A stretch of 64,000 nt of DNA from NCBI RefSeq assembly GCF_009914755.1, contig NC_060926.1. The stretch is one strand, 5' to 3'. Within the stretch, counting starts at the first letter, position 1, and the number at the start of each line of letters is the position of its first letter. This document shows positions 28,901 to 41,541 of this stretch, in pieces. Under the pieces are notes generated by a model that ran no database searches, was not told the origin of the DNA, and saw only the letters and a list, made by a program, of their open reading frames with translations. Made by a program: the position numbers and the translations under genes. The stretch is from the human T2T-CHM13v2.0 reference genome, Homo sapiens.

Positions 28901-31855
28901 GGTCTGGGCAGGACCAAGGCAGGTCTATTGCAGGGCCAGGGTTCAGACCAGGGCCAGAGCAGGGCTGGGACAGGGCCAGGGCCAGAACCAGGAAAGGGCA
29001 ATGTCAGGACAAGGGCCGTGGCAGGACCAGCAATGGGGCTGGGGCCAGGACAGGGACAGGGACAGGGTCAGGGCTAGGGCCAGAATAGCATGCCAGGGTA
29101 GAGCCAGGCCAAATTAGGGCCAGGACAGGGTCAGGACCAGGGCTGGGCCAGGGTATGGCCTTAAGTAGCGAAGGGCCAGGGCCAGGGTCCATGCCAGTGC
29201 CAGCGCTGGTCCAGGGCAGACGCAGGGCCATGGCCAGATCTAGGACAAGGCTGGGGCAGGGCCAAGGTCTGGGTCAGGGTCAGCAGAAGGCCAGGACAGA
29301 GCCAGGGGAGGGACAGGGCCATGGTAAGACCAGGTTACATCAGGGACAAGACACCTGCAAATCCACTTCAGGGCCAGGGTCAGGGCAGGGCCAGTTCAGG
29401 GCCAGGGCCAAGACAGGGCCAGGGTCAGGGCTGCCAGGGTCATTGGCAGGGCCAGGGCCATGGCAGGACCGGGGTCAGGAGCAGGGGTCAATGCCAGGCC
29501 AAGGCCACACATAGGACCAGGTCTGTGCTAGGGTCAGTGTGAGGGCCAAGGCAGGGTCAGGGCAGGGCCAAAGGGAGGGCAGGGCCAGGGCAGGGTGGAG
29601 CAGGCCCAGGGTAGCACAGGGTTAAGGTAGTTCACGACCAACCAGGGCAGGTCTATGGTTGGGGCCGGGGCAGGGCCAGAGCCAGGGCACAGCCAAGACA
29701 GTGGCAGCTCCTGGGCAGGGCCAGGGTTAGGACCATGGACATGTCCAAGGCCAGTGCCAGGGCAAGAGCAAGGGCAGGAGCAGGACCAGGTTCATCTAAG
29801 AACCAGGGACAAAGCCAGGCCCAGAGCTGGGCCAGGACAGGTACCTGGCAGGGCTAGGGTCTGAGACAGGGCCACGGCAGGACCAGGGCCACAACCAGGT
29901 CTGTGCTATGGCCAGGTCCAACACAGTGCCCAGGTAAGGCTAGGGTGAAGGCCAAGGTAGGGCCAGGGCAGGGTCAAAGCCAGGCTAGGGCCAAGGCAGG
30001 GCCAGGGCCGGCAAGGCAGGGCCAGAAAAGCATAGGGCCAGGGCAGGGCGGGGCCAGGACAGTGCCAAGACCTGGGCAGGGCCAGGGCCAGGGCCATGGC
30101 CACGGCCTGGGGAAGACCAGGTTCGGGGCAGGAGCAAAACAATGGCAAGGACAGTGCAGGTTCTTGGCACAGCCAGGGTCCAGGACAGTGTCAGGGCAGG
30201 GCCAAGGCAGGGTCTGGGCCATGGTAAGACCAGCAACAGGGCTGGGGCTAGGCCAGTGACAGGACCAGAGTCAGGGCAAAGGCCAGAGCAGTGCAAGGCC
30301 AGGGTAGGGCCAGGCATTTCAGGGTCAGGGCCAGGGGAGAACCAGGGCAAGTTCTCAAGCAGGGAAGGGCCAGGGCCAGGACAGGTCCAGGGCAGGGCCA
30401 TGACAGGACCAGGGGCTGCGTTAGGGCAAGGGCAGGGCCACAGCAAGGTAAGGGTCAGGGCCAAGGCCAGGGTAGGGACAGGGCAAGAAATATGGCATGA
30501 CCAGGGGCAATGCCAAGGCCAAGGTTGGGCCAGGGCTGAGCCAGGACTGAGTCAGGGCAGGGCAGGGCAGGGCATGGTATGGCCAGTGTAGGACAGGACA
30601 AGAGCCGGTCCACAGAGAGAGCAGAGCTGATGTCAAGAAAGAGCCAGGCTAGTGCCGAGGCTGAGGCAGTGTCAGAGCATGTCCAGGGCAGGGCCGGGGC
30701 CAGGGCCAGAACCGAGCCAGGGCACAGCCAAGGCAGGGTAGGGAAGGGAAATAGCACGGCCGGGACAGTGCTGGGACAGGACAGAGCAGGGCAAGGAGAT
30801 GGTAGCGGCAGGGCAGGGACAGGCCAATGCAGAGCCATGTTATGCCGGGGCCAGGACACCTCCAAGTCCACTTCAGGGCCAGGGCTATGGCAGGACAAAG
30901 ACCACGGCCAGGATCAGGGCCAGGTCTGTGCTAGGGCCAGCTCCAGAGCAGGGTCTAGCGAAGACTAGGGTGAGGGCCAAGGTAAGGCCAGGGCAGGGTC
31001 AAAGGCAGAGTAGGGCCAGGGCAGAGTGATGACACATCCAGAGCGCAGCAGGGCAGGGTGATGGCAAGACCAGGGGCAGACCATTGCCAGCTCAGGGCCA
31101 GGGAAAGTCCAGTGCAGAGCCAGGAAAGGGTCTGGGTCTGGGTCAGGGCCAGGAACAAGGCAGAGCAGGGCCAGGGCCATGGCAGAGTCAGGGCAGGTCC
31201 TTGACAGGACCAGGTTCCAGGCCAGGGCCAGGGCAGCAGCAGGGGCAGGGCCTGGATAAGGGCAGGGCCAGGGATATGGCAGGACCAGGGCTAGGGCCAG
31301 GGCCAGGCCATAGTGAGGGCAGGGCAAAAGCCAAGGGCAGGGTCAGGGCAGGTCCAGGGCAGGTCCAGGGAGCGGCCAGCACCAAGCGGGGCCAAGTCAC
31401 AACCAGCGCAGGGTAAGGCAGGGCAATGGCACCACTGGGCCATGACAGGGCAAGGTCAGTGCCAGGAGAGGGCAGAACAGGCAGGCCCATGGTGGGGCCA
31501 GGGCAGGGATGGGCCAAAGCAGGGCCAGGACATGTCCAAGGCCAGGTCAGGGCCAGAACAGGAGCAGGACCATGACCATTGGCAGGGCCAGTGCCATGAC
31601 ACGACCAGGATCAGGACAAGAGGCAGGGCCAGAGCCAGGGCCAGAGCCAAGGTCAGGCCAGTGCAGGTTCAGGGCAGGGCCAGTGCCAGGGCAAGACCAG
31701 GGCAGGGACAGGGTAGCACAGGGCCAAGACAGGGTCAGGATGGGACCAGAGCAGGACAGGGCCGAGAGTCCAAGTAACAGTAGGGCAGGTACAGGGCAAG
31801 GCAGGGCAGTACAGGGCCAGATCCACGGCAGGCGCAGGGCAAAGCCAGGCCCATT
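25926..31855. repeat. CAGGG/GGGCCA G-rich repeat array with inverted sub-blocks and a non-repeat island
   Basis: Dense cagggc/cagggccaggg units; C-rich inverted blocks at ~27565-27635 and ~28100-28275; island at ~27640-28095. Confidence 0.93.
27688..27960. mobile_element. Antisense Alu left-arm fragment plus MIR-like fragment inside the CAGGG array
   Basis: tttttagtagagatggggtttcac...gggattacagg, then gtttcctacatttggaaaatggggat...attgtgagaat. Confidence 0.75.
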
Positions 31856-31859
31856 GCCA

Positions 31860-33130
31860 ATGCACCAGCCCTCCCTACAAGGCTCCTACCACCTGGCCAC
31901 TGCTGCAGCCCGTCCATCGCTCTAAGCCTGACCCCCAACCCTGGCTGCAGCCGCCTGCCCTCCTAGTGCAGCCGCTCTCCTACCACTCTGGCGCACTGCA
32001 GGCTACGTCACTGCCGCCCACCCGCAGCGAGGCGAGCCATGGTGTCGCAGGCTCTAGGTGTCTCCTCCTCTTCCTGGCACAGAGCAGCTGGGCGGGCAAA
32101 GCCGGAAAAGCCTAGAGAAAGATGTGAGGGGTGGAAGGGTTAGAGCCTCAACTTGTCATGCCGGCCACTGGGTGGCAGGGGCCAGTTTCAGCAAAGGCAC
32201 TCACACCCACCCTCCAAAGTCCAGCCTCTCCTTTTGGCCCAAGCTGGGCAGGAACTGGGGTCTGGGGTGGGTGCTGGAGACACCACAGCACCCAGCTCCC
32301 CACTCCACAGGAACCACTGGGCCCACTGGGGCTGCACTCCTTGGGGAGCAGGAGAAGCAGAAAAATTCAGACCCAGCCAGCCCTCCACACCCAGGTGCCA
32401 ATTCCTGTTCCGGACGCCTCCACGCACAGGGCCCTGTCCCCCGTGGTGTCCCCAGGGGTGCCTGGAAGCCTCTGAGGCACAGACCCACAGTACACAGGCC
32501 CAGGAACCACGGTGGGTGTGGGGGCTCTGCCATGCTCAGGATTCCCACGCAAACGCTGCGTGCCCTGCTGCACTCCAGTATGACCAAGAGTGGGTCGCCC
32601 TCTGGAGTGTGGAGTCAGGGAGAGGAGAACCACTCCTTCCTGGGATGCCAACTCTGTTGACCGACACCAGCAGTGCAGCCCCTGATAGCACCGAACTCGC
32701 CCCCGCTCCACTGCTAGTCCTGCCCTCAATAGCGCCCCCCACCTCCATCCCCCAATGCCGCCAGTAGCGTATAACCGATAGTGCCCTAACCTGTCCTCCT
32801 CCATGGGCATTGAAGCCCCAGAAAGCACCCATAACCCACCCTCCCTGCCGTGGGCAGTGCAGCCCTGTACAGTGCTACCAACCAGTACCCCTAATGCAGG
32901 CAATGACACCCTGGATAGCGCCCTCAACCCACCCCACACTGCAAAAGGTGCAGCCCTGGATAGCCCCTGTCCTACCATCTGGTCGTCCTGCAGTCTCTGT
33001 CACCACCACCACCAACCACAGTGAGGCAAGCCAGTGGGCCACAGGCTCTAGGACCCAGCAGCCAGGCATGGAGCAGCTCTCGCTGATGGTCAGCTCCTAC
33101 CACTCTGACCACGCTGCTGTCTGTCTCCGT
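31860..33130. repeat. REP522-like subtelomeric/pericentromeric repeat, left part
   Basis: Recurrent cagtgcagccc..gatagcgccc..caacc units at ~32670-32970. Confidence 0.65.
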
Positions 33131-33134
33131 GGCC

Positions 33135-34420
33135 ATCTTCTTTCACTACAAAGGAATAAAACTAGGTATCAATAAGAAAAGCAATTTTGGAAACAATACA
33201 ATCACATGGAAGTTAAACACTACCCTCCTGAATAAATGACTAGCGGGTCAATGAAGATACTAAGACAGAAATTCAAAAATTTCATGAAACAAAGGGTAAT
33301 GAAAACACAGTATACCAAAACTTGTTATGCAGAAAGCAGTACAAAGGCAGAGATTTACAGCTATAAGTGCCTACCATCCAAACAAAAGAAAACCTTCAAA
33401 TAATACATCTTAAAGAACTAGTAAAGAACAAACTAAACCGAAAATAAGAAAATAAATAAGATCATAGCACAAACAAAATTGAAATAAAAAACATACAAGA
33501 TTAAATGAAAAGTTGGTTTTCTGGAAAGCTAAACAAAATTGACAAACTTTTAACCAGGCTAAGAAAAGAGACAAGATTCAAATAAATAAAATCAACAGAT
33601 TAAAAAAGGAGACATTACAACTAATACTTCAGAAATTCAAAGGATCATAACTGGCTACTATATGCCAATAAATTGGAAAGCCTAGTAGAAATTGGCAAAT
33701 TCCTAGATGCATACAACCTACTTAGGTTAAACAATGAAAACATCCAAGACCAGAACAGATTGGTAACAAGTAATGAGATTGAAGCCATCAGAAAAAGTCT
33801 CCCAGTAAAGAAAAGCCCAGGAACTGATGTCTTCACTGCTGATGGCTTCACACCAAACAATTTAAAGACCTAGTACGAATCCTGCTCAAACTATTTTGAA
33901 AAACAGGAGGGAATACTTCCAAACTTATTCTATGAGACCATTATTACTGTGATACCAAAATCAGACAAAAGCATCAAAGAAGGAAACTACAGGCCAGGAT
34001 CTCTAATATGGATGCAAAAATCCTCAACAAAATACCAGTGAATCAAATTCAGTAATACATTAAAAAGATAATTCATCATGATCAAGTGGGATGTATCCCT
34101 GGGACCCAAGGGTCACTCAACATACAATGTGATACATCATATCAACCAAATAAACGACAAAAACAGTATCATCACGTCAACTGAAACCGAAAAAGCATTT
34201 GATGAAATTCAACATCCCTTCATGCTATAAATCCTCAAAGAAACGGGCACAGAAGAAACATACCGCAACATAATAAAAACTACAGGAAAGACACCCACAG
34301 CTAGAATCATATGGAATGGGGAAAAATGGAAAGCTTTTCCTCTAAGATCTGGAACATGATAAGGATGCCCCCTGTCACCACTGTTGTTTAACATAGTACC
34401 AGAAATCCTAGCTAAAGCCA
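33135..34420 (+). mobile_element. Decayed L1 ORF2 internal fragment
   Basis: ORF 33673-33873 FLDAYNLLRLNNE..IEAIRKSLPVKKSPGTD matches ORF2p; no 3' end or tail. Confidence 0.9.
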
Positions 34421-34925
34421 TCAGTGCAGCCCCTGATATGGCCCCCAACCCACCCTGCCCCCTACCACCAGCAGTGTCACCCCCCCAATAGCACACCCAA
34501 CATACCCAAACTGCCCCGCCTCCCCACACCATGGGCATTACAGCACCCCATAGCGCCCTCAACCCGAAACCGCCACCCCCCCGACAGCCGCACAGTGCAG
34601 CCCCGGATAGCACACTTAGCCCACCTCACTGTTGCCAGCAATACAGTCTGGGATAGTGCCCCCAACCGGCTCCCCACCAAAGGCAGTGCAGCCCCGGTTT
34701 GGCCCCCAAACCACCCCCCCACCCGCCCGGTGCAGGCAGCACAGCCCCAGATAGCACACCCAACCGGCCACCCAAGACGGGCAGTGACGCCTGAGATAGG
34801 GCTCCCAACCCGTCCCAGGCCACCCACAGTGCAGCCTGGATAGCGCACTTACCCCGACGCCTTTCTACGCTCTGGCTGGCTGCAGTGTCCATCGCTGCCA
34901 CCAACCACAAACAGGGCTGCAAACA
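34421..34925. repeat. REP522-like repeat, right part
   Basis: cagtgcagcccc(g/t)gatagc...cccaacc units roughly every 50-60 bp. Confidence 0.7.
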
Positions 34926-34929
34926 GGAA

Positions 34930-35545
34930 GGATTTTATTCACCGTCCATGCGGCCCCGAGTTGTCCCAAAGCGAGGCAGTGCCCCCAAGGTCTGTGCAGA
35001 GCAGAACGCAGCTCCGCCCTCGCGGTGCCACCGGCCCGCCCGCCCGGGTCTCTGCTGAGGAGAACATTGCTCTGCCTTCGCTGTATCTCCGAAGTCTGTG
35101 CAGAGGAGAACTCAGCTCCGCCCTCGCAATGCTCTCCGGGTCTGTGCTGAGGAGAACGCAGCTCCGCCCTCGCAAAGGCACACAGCGCTGGCGCCGGCGA
35201 GGCGGAGAGGCGGACAGCGGCGGAGAGGCGGCCAGCGGCGGCGCGGCGGAGAGGCGGACAGCGGCGGAGAGGCGGCCAGCGGCGGCGCGGCGGACAGCGG
35301 CGGCGCGGCGGAGAGACGGACAGCGGCGGCGCGGCGGCGCGGCGGAGAGACGGACAGCGGCGGAGAGGCAGACAGCGGCAGCGCAGCGGAGAGGCGGCCA
35401 GCGGCGGAGAGGCGGACAGCGGCGGAGAGGCGGACAGCGGCGGCGCGGCGGAGAGACGGACAGTGGCGGAGAGGCAGACAGCGGCGGCGAGGCGCGGAGA
35501 GGCGCTGGCGCCGGCTCTGGCGCGGAGAGGCGCAGGCCCAGGCTC
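34930..35545. repeat. Interstitial TAR1 telomere-associated repeat / CpG island with GC-rich VNTR
   Basis: gtctgtgctgaggagaacgcagctccgccctcgc units followed by ggcggagaggcggacagc (18/26-bp) units, like the sequence adjoining human telomeres. Confidence 0.88.
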
Positions 35546-35793
35546 CACTCCCCAGCTGTGAAAGGGTAAGAACCCAGGGTGGCTGAGACTAGCTGGGAGG
35601 ACCTCCCTTCCACAGCTGTGCTCTTGCTCTGCCCATGCTGTCGCCTCCATCTCCACCTCCCTCTCCATCCTCACCACCAGCCCTCGAGTCAGTGGGGAGC
35701 TTTCCACTCACCAAGCCCAGGCAAGTGCATCGCGTGAATTTCTCTTGCGCCTCCCGCTAGAGGTAGAGGCGCTGTTGTCACCCTATCTGCTGA

Positions 35794-36202
<409 letters not shown>

Positions 36203-36502
36203 CCCTTCAAATCTTAACAGAGAAGCCACCAAAGTCTCCTTGGGTCCATCCCATGGATGGGCCTCCTGGGCCCCTCAGACCCTGGGCTTCCCTTGAGGTC
36301 CTGGAGCTATGTGGGCTCCAGCTCTGGGAAGGTGGACCCCCATGCATGTGTCCTGCCGTCACTGTCTCTATGAAGTCTGGCTCACACTAAGTGAGCCATA
36401 AGGCCTTCTTCAAGGTCATCTGTCCCACTGATTTCAGACTCAGGGCGGAGTGTGAAATCATCTGTCCCCCACAGTGCACTCAGAACCCTGTCTGGACTAG
36501 GG

Positions 36503-36621
36503 CACACACACATGCATGTGCATATGAACACACATATGCATATGCACACACACATGCAAGGCTGCAAGTCTCATGCACACACACACATGCACACACATGC
36601 ACATGCATGCTCACATGCACA
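36503..36621. repeat. (CA)/(CATG) low-complexity repeat
   Basis: cacacacatgcatgtgcatatg... Confidence 0.85.
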
Positions 36622-39600
36622 GGCACTCAGGCACCTAGAGCCTTCTCATCCTGCACTTTGAGTCCCCCCTCCCCTTGCCCATCCTTGCCCATCCTTCAAG
36701 GCCTCAGTCAAAAGCCATCTTTTACAAATTGTCTCTGGTTGACTTTCCTTTTTTTCCCCTCTTAGAAGAAGCGATGCTGTCCTCAGTCATCAAGCGTTCA
36801 CTAGGCGCTTGGTGTGTGCCAGGCCCCGATGTGGGTCTTGGGCATGTTCCAGTTCTCACGTCCTCAGGGCTCCTTGGTGAGTCGAGGGTGAGGAGGACAC
36901 AGAGGCACAGGAGGCCATGGGGCAGGTCTGGGTGCACTCAGGCTCCAGAGCTCAGCCCTCCCTGCTGAGTCAGGGCGAGCAGGATAGACACCTGCTCCTG
37001 GAACTCAGTGGGTGAGGTGGACACGCATGCAGGGAGGTACCAGCCTCAGGGGCTATGGAACAGAGAAAGGGAGCTTCCAGGACATCAAACAATTCCTGGA
37101 GTGCCAGGGCAAGAGGGGAATCTGGGTGGAGGAAAGTGTGAACAGGGCAGAGGTTGGAGGTGGATGTGGCCCCCGAGCATGTCGGAGGCAACTGAGCTGC
37201 TCCTTGACTTTGGGCATCTTTGTTCATCTCTGCATTTGCACATTTGTTGAACAAACCTACTGAGACACTTGTTTTCTTTCCATGGTCCATACATTAGGAA
37301 TATAGAGTTAGCTTCCTAGGGAACATTTTAAGACATATTCTTAGAGAAGAAACCAGGAGGCATCGTTGTGGGACGTTGGTCCAGGATCTTGGGTGTGTCC
37401 TTTGGTCTTTTGTGGGTCAGGTTAGCAGGAATTGTGTCCTGAGGTGTTGGAACTGCAAAGTGCAGGTTCCCTCCTGCCCGCACTGATGCCTTCAGGGAAT
37501 GGCCTGTCCGTTTTTCTAAGAAGAACACTTAACTCAGCCTTGGCTGACTTCAGCTACCTGTGCTTTCTCCAGCCAGGCTCTGTGTTTTGTGCTTTTACTC
37601 TCAAAACAACCCTATTATTATCCGTGTACCACAGATGAGGATGCTGAGCCCCTGAGAGGCTCAGTAGGTGCCTGAAGGCATTCCAGCCAAGAGGTGGCAG
37701 AGCCAGGGCCAGCCTGGCCTGAGGACTCTGAAGCTTCCACAGGCACAGCTCCTTCATGCCAGCTCTGTGTCGGGATTTTCTGTGGTCATCACAGCCATCT
37801 TCCTGGTCAGCTAAGTTACAGACAGGGTGGAACTAGGATGGCCAAGCTGGAAGCAGAGCTCATTCCTGAGCAGGGCACCCGGGCCCTGCCTATGGTGCTG
37901 GGCAGGCTCCTGGTGTGGAGGGTGGGCTCAGATCCTGCTGTCCCTGTGGCTGTGGGAGGCTTTTCTAGGCACCCTCCTGACTGCTAACACCAGGAGGGCC
38001 TATGATATGGGACCGCTGCCCCATGACGTGTGCCAGGTTTCTGCACGCGACTGCTGGGAAAGGCTGGCCCTGGGCTGGGTGGACCCGCACTGCCTGCTGG
38101 CCCCTGCACCCAGATGGTGCAGCCCACACCCCTCTGATGTCCACCCATGCTCGGCTCTGGGACTTCCCTCCTTCCACCGTGTCTGACCCTGGTTGCCCTT
38201 GTTCTGCCACTGGCTTGTAGCAGCCCTTCCTGAAGCCACGTCCTCCAGGGAGATTTGATTATGTCCTGGTGTTGCGACCTCGCTAATGCAATCAGGAAGT
38301 TTTCTCAAGACTTCAGCTGCTTTGCTGGCAGCCAGGCCTGACTCTCAGCAGCTCTGCAGGCTGGAAGGGCCCAAGAGACCCCCTCACCCACCTGGTGTCT
38401 CCAGCAGCGGGGAGGGCTCCGGGGTATAGCCTATTGCTGCTCTGCTCTCCTCCTTTCTTTGGGTAAGCTCCTTTGCTCTGATTTTATCTGGAATCATCGA
38501 GAGCCTCTATCTGTCTAGAAAAAGCACTTAGCAATGAGGAATCAGCACTGCGGAGAATACTCCAGAAAGCAGCCATTTTCCATCAAGATTAGGCTCTTAA
38601 TTGAAAATTTTAAGAGGAGAGGAAATTAGGGGAGAATCCAGATATTCTCTCCATTATGGTAATTGGCTGTAATCAGAGCCCAAGAGCTGTGTTCAATCCT
38701 GGGGGTTCTTCCAGGATTACCAGAGCTGTCATAGTCACCTTCACTGACCTGCACTGGAGTCAGTGGGAGGGGCTGGCGGGGTCCGGGGCTGCTCTGGCAA
38801 GTGGATCCAGGAGGGCTGGGCTGGATCCAGGGGGCTGAGTTCAGAGGGGACTCTGCTTAGCAAGTGTGAAACACACGACAGGGCCTTCCAGGCAGAGGGA
38901 AGATTGAGAACTGCGGCCGAGCGAGTGCGTCCAGGGGCCCGAGTTTAGTTGAGGGCCTAAGTTTTCCCAGCAGGGCAAGGTTGAGGGTGAGGATGCTGCA
39001 GGCCAGTTTTCTATGGCCTCAGAATGAGGACAAGAAGGGGGAGATGGGCCACAGGGATGAGGGTGCCTGCTCCCTGCAGCAGTGTGCACACCACGGCTGT
39101 GCAGAGGCAGCAGGTGGCAGGTATTGGGAAGAAGCTCTTCCCTTGTGTGTCCTAGGGGCTGGGCACAGCCTGATGGGCCCCCTTTGCTCACAGTTGCAGA
39201 AGCCCATCCATGTAGGGTCCTGCTGAACTGGCTTCCATGGGGCTGGGAAGGACTGGCCTGGCCTCTTTGCTCACTTCACCTTATGGGCAGTGTCCTGCAG
39301 GTTTCTGTGAGCAGAGCAGACAGAAAGGAGATGCCCAGTGATGTCAGCTGTCCCCCACAGAGCTTCCTGGAGCCTGGGCTCCAGGCTGAGGGTCCTTGGA
39401 CAGACGTCATCTCCCTGGCTTCAGCAGAATCACCCACAAACCCACCCTGTGCCCACCCTCCCATCACAGAGAGCAGCTGCTGGAGAAGGCAGCATGAGAC
39501 TTTGAAGACCTCGAGGAGCAGGAGACACAGGAGACAATGGCCAGGATGGTCATGGTGGCGCGGCTATGCCATCACTGATTTCTGCCTACCTGCCCCCTAA

Positions 39601-40184
39601 GTCTCACTTGCTACTACTCTCAATTTCCTACTTAATGCTTCGGAGAGCACCAGTCCTGAGAAGAGAGGCGGGATGTTCACTCTCTGGGAGTTGAGATGGA
39701 ACCCAGGCAGTTAGAAAAAGTGCCACAGCCACGTGCCGAGCCTACTACTTGTCAGGAGCTCAGTGAGTCATCCAATTCCTAAAACAACTGTGCTGCATGT
39801 GCTCCACCGCGCCTGGGCGACTCGGGGAAATGGGCTGCGGGAGGCTCAGTGACCTGCCCTGGGTGACATGGATGGCATGGATGCCCTGTCCATGCACGGG
39901 GCTTTGCTAGGAGAGGACAGGATCATCCCCAGAAGCTGGTCCTGTGTCCACTGCTCACGGTGGCAGCTGCTTGGGCTGACAACGCCCCCCACCTCCTGAT
40001 CAGATAGTGATATACTTGGTCCAAACTTCGAAAGTAAAAAAGTTAAAACAGAAAAATAGTCTCCTGGTCATTCATGCTCTCTGGTTCCCTTTTCATTCGT
40101 ATCTCTTTCTCCTTCTATTTATGGATCTAGTTATTTAAAGCACAGATGGTGACATTCTGTACATATTCTGCATTTTGCTTTTTA

Positions 40185-40703
40185 AGTCTATTTTATTATG
40201 ACGTACGATACATATAGAAAAGTGGAAAAAACTGAAATGAATGAATTTTCATGAAGTGAGCATTGGTGTAAACTGAGCCAGTACATTCGGAACCCCCTTC
40301 ATTCTCCCTCCCAGTTACTGCACCATCCCTCCTGCCACAGGTAAATACTGCCCTGACCTTCATGGTAACTACTTGCTTTGCTTCCATTAGATATTCTATT
40401 TTTGTTTCAGCTGTGCTTTTGAACTTTATAGAAATGGATTCATACAGGGTGTATTCCTTCACATTGAGCTGGCTGTGTGCAGCATTGTGTGCAGTTGTTT
40501 CATATTGTAGCCGGGAACAGTGACTCATCTTCATTGCTCTTTAGCATTCCATTGTTTAATTGAATCCCAGTTTTCTTTTCCACTGTTGATTGTGTTTAGA
40601 TTTTTTTCAGTTTGGGGTTACTATGAAGGATGCTATAAAGAGCATTCTTGTACATAGCTCTTGTAGCACAGTGAACACATTTCTGTTGGGTGTAGAGATG
40701 TAC

Positions 40704-40748
<45 letters not shown>

Positions 40749-40830
40749 CACCCCAAGGGGTAAAATTGTTGGATGTACATACCTTTGACTTCAGTAAATC
40801 ATGCCAAACTGCTTTCCAAAGTGGTTGTTC
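40185..40830 (-). mobile_element. Old L1M 3' fragment with an embedded (TG)n(TA)n
   Basis: ttttgaactttatagaaatggattcatacag..., tttttcagtttggggttactatgaa; (TG)n(TA)n at ~40709-40748. Confidence 0.65.
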
Positions 40831-41229
40831 ATCTTTTTTTCCTTTTGTTTTTCAGTGGATCCTTATAGTTTGGGATTCTTCCATAATGGTACATATAGAT
40901 GTGTCACATTTTTTCAAACAGTTGCATAGTTTTCACAGCATGGACATAACATGATTTATTTAACCTGTCTTCTGTTGTTGGACTTCGTTATATTTATACT
41001 CAAACAATGCCACAATGAATAACTTTCTTCATAAGTTAATTAAATACTCGATGAAAAATACAGGGTTTTTTTCGGTTTATAAAAGTAATACTTGCTCACT
41101 GAGGAAAAAAAATCTGTAAATTACAGAAAAACACAAAGGAAATATATCCTATGATCCAACCAGAAAGAAAACTACTTTTCCTATGTTGTGCGTAGCTCTC
41201 TAGTTTTTTCTTTCTTTATATCAATTGGA

Positions 41230-41541
41230 TTTTTTTTTTTTTTTTTTTTTTTTTTGAGACAGGGTCTCACTGTGTCACCCAGGCCGGAGTGCAGTGGCAT
41301 GATCACAGCTCACTGAAGCCTCGACTTCCCAGGCTTAAGTGATCCTCCTACCTCACTCAGCCTCCCGAGTAGTTGGGACCACAGGCATGTGCCACCACAT
41401 CTGGCTATTTTTAGTATTTTTTGTAGAGATGGGGTTTCGCCATGCTGCTCAGGCAGGTCTCAAACTCCTGGCCTCAAGCCATCTGCTTGTGTTGGCCTCC
41501 CAAAGTGCTGGATTACAGGCGTGCACCACCACCCCCGGCCT
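41230..41541 (-). mobile_element. AluJ-type SINE
   Basis: gatcacagctcactgaagcctcgacttccc diagnostic; poly-T. Confidence 0.92.

Noticed and set aside
26171-31938. Many overlapping GQG/PGP/ALAL ORFs
   Set aside because: Translations of the CAGGG array in all frames; no coherent gene structure
34800-34960. Telomere fusion or interstitial telomere
   Set aside because: No (TTAGGG)n or (CCCTAA)n tract present
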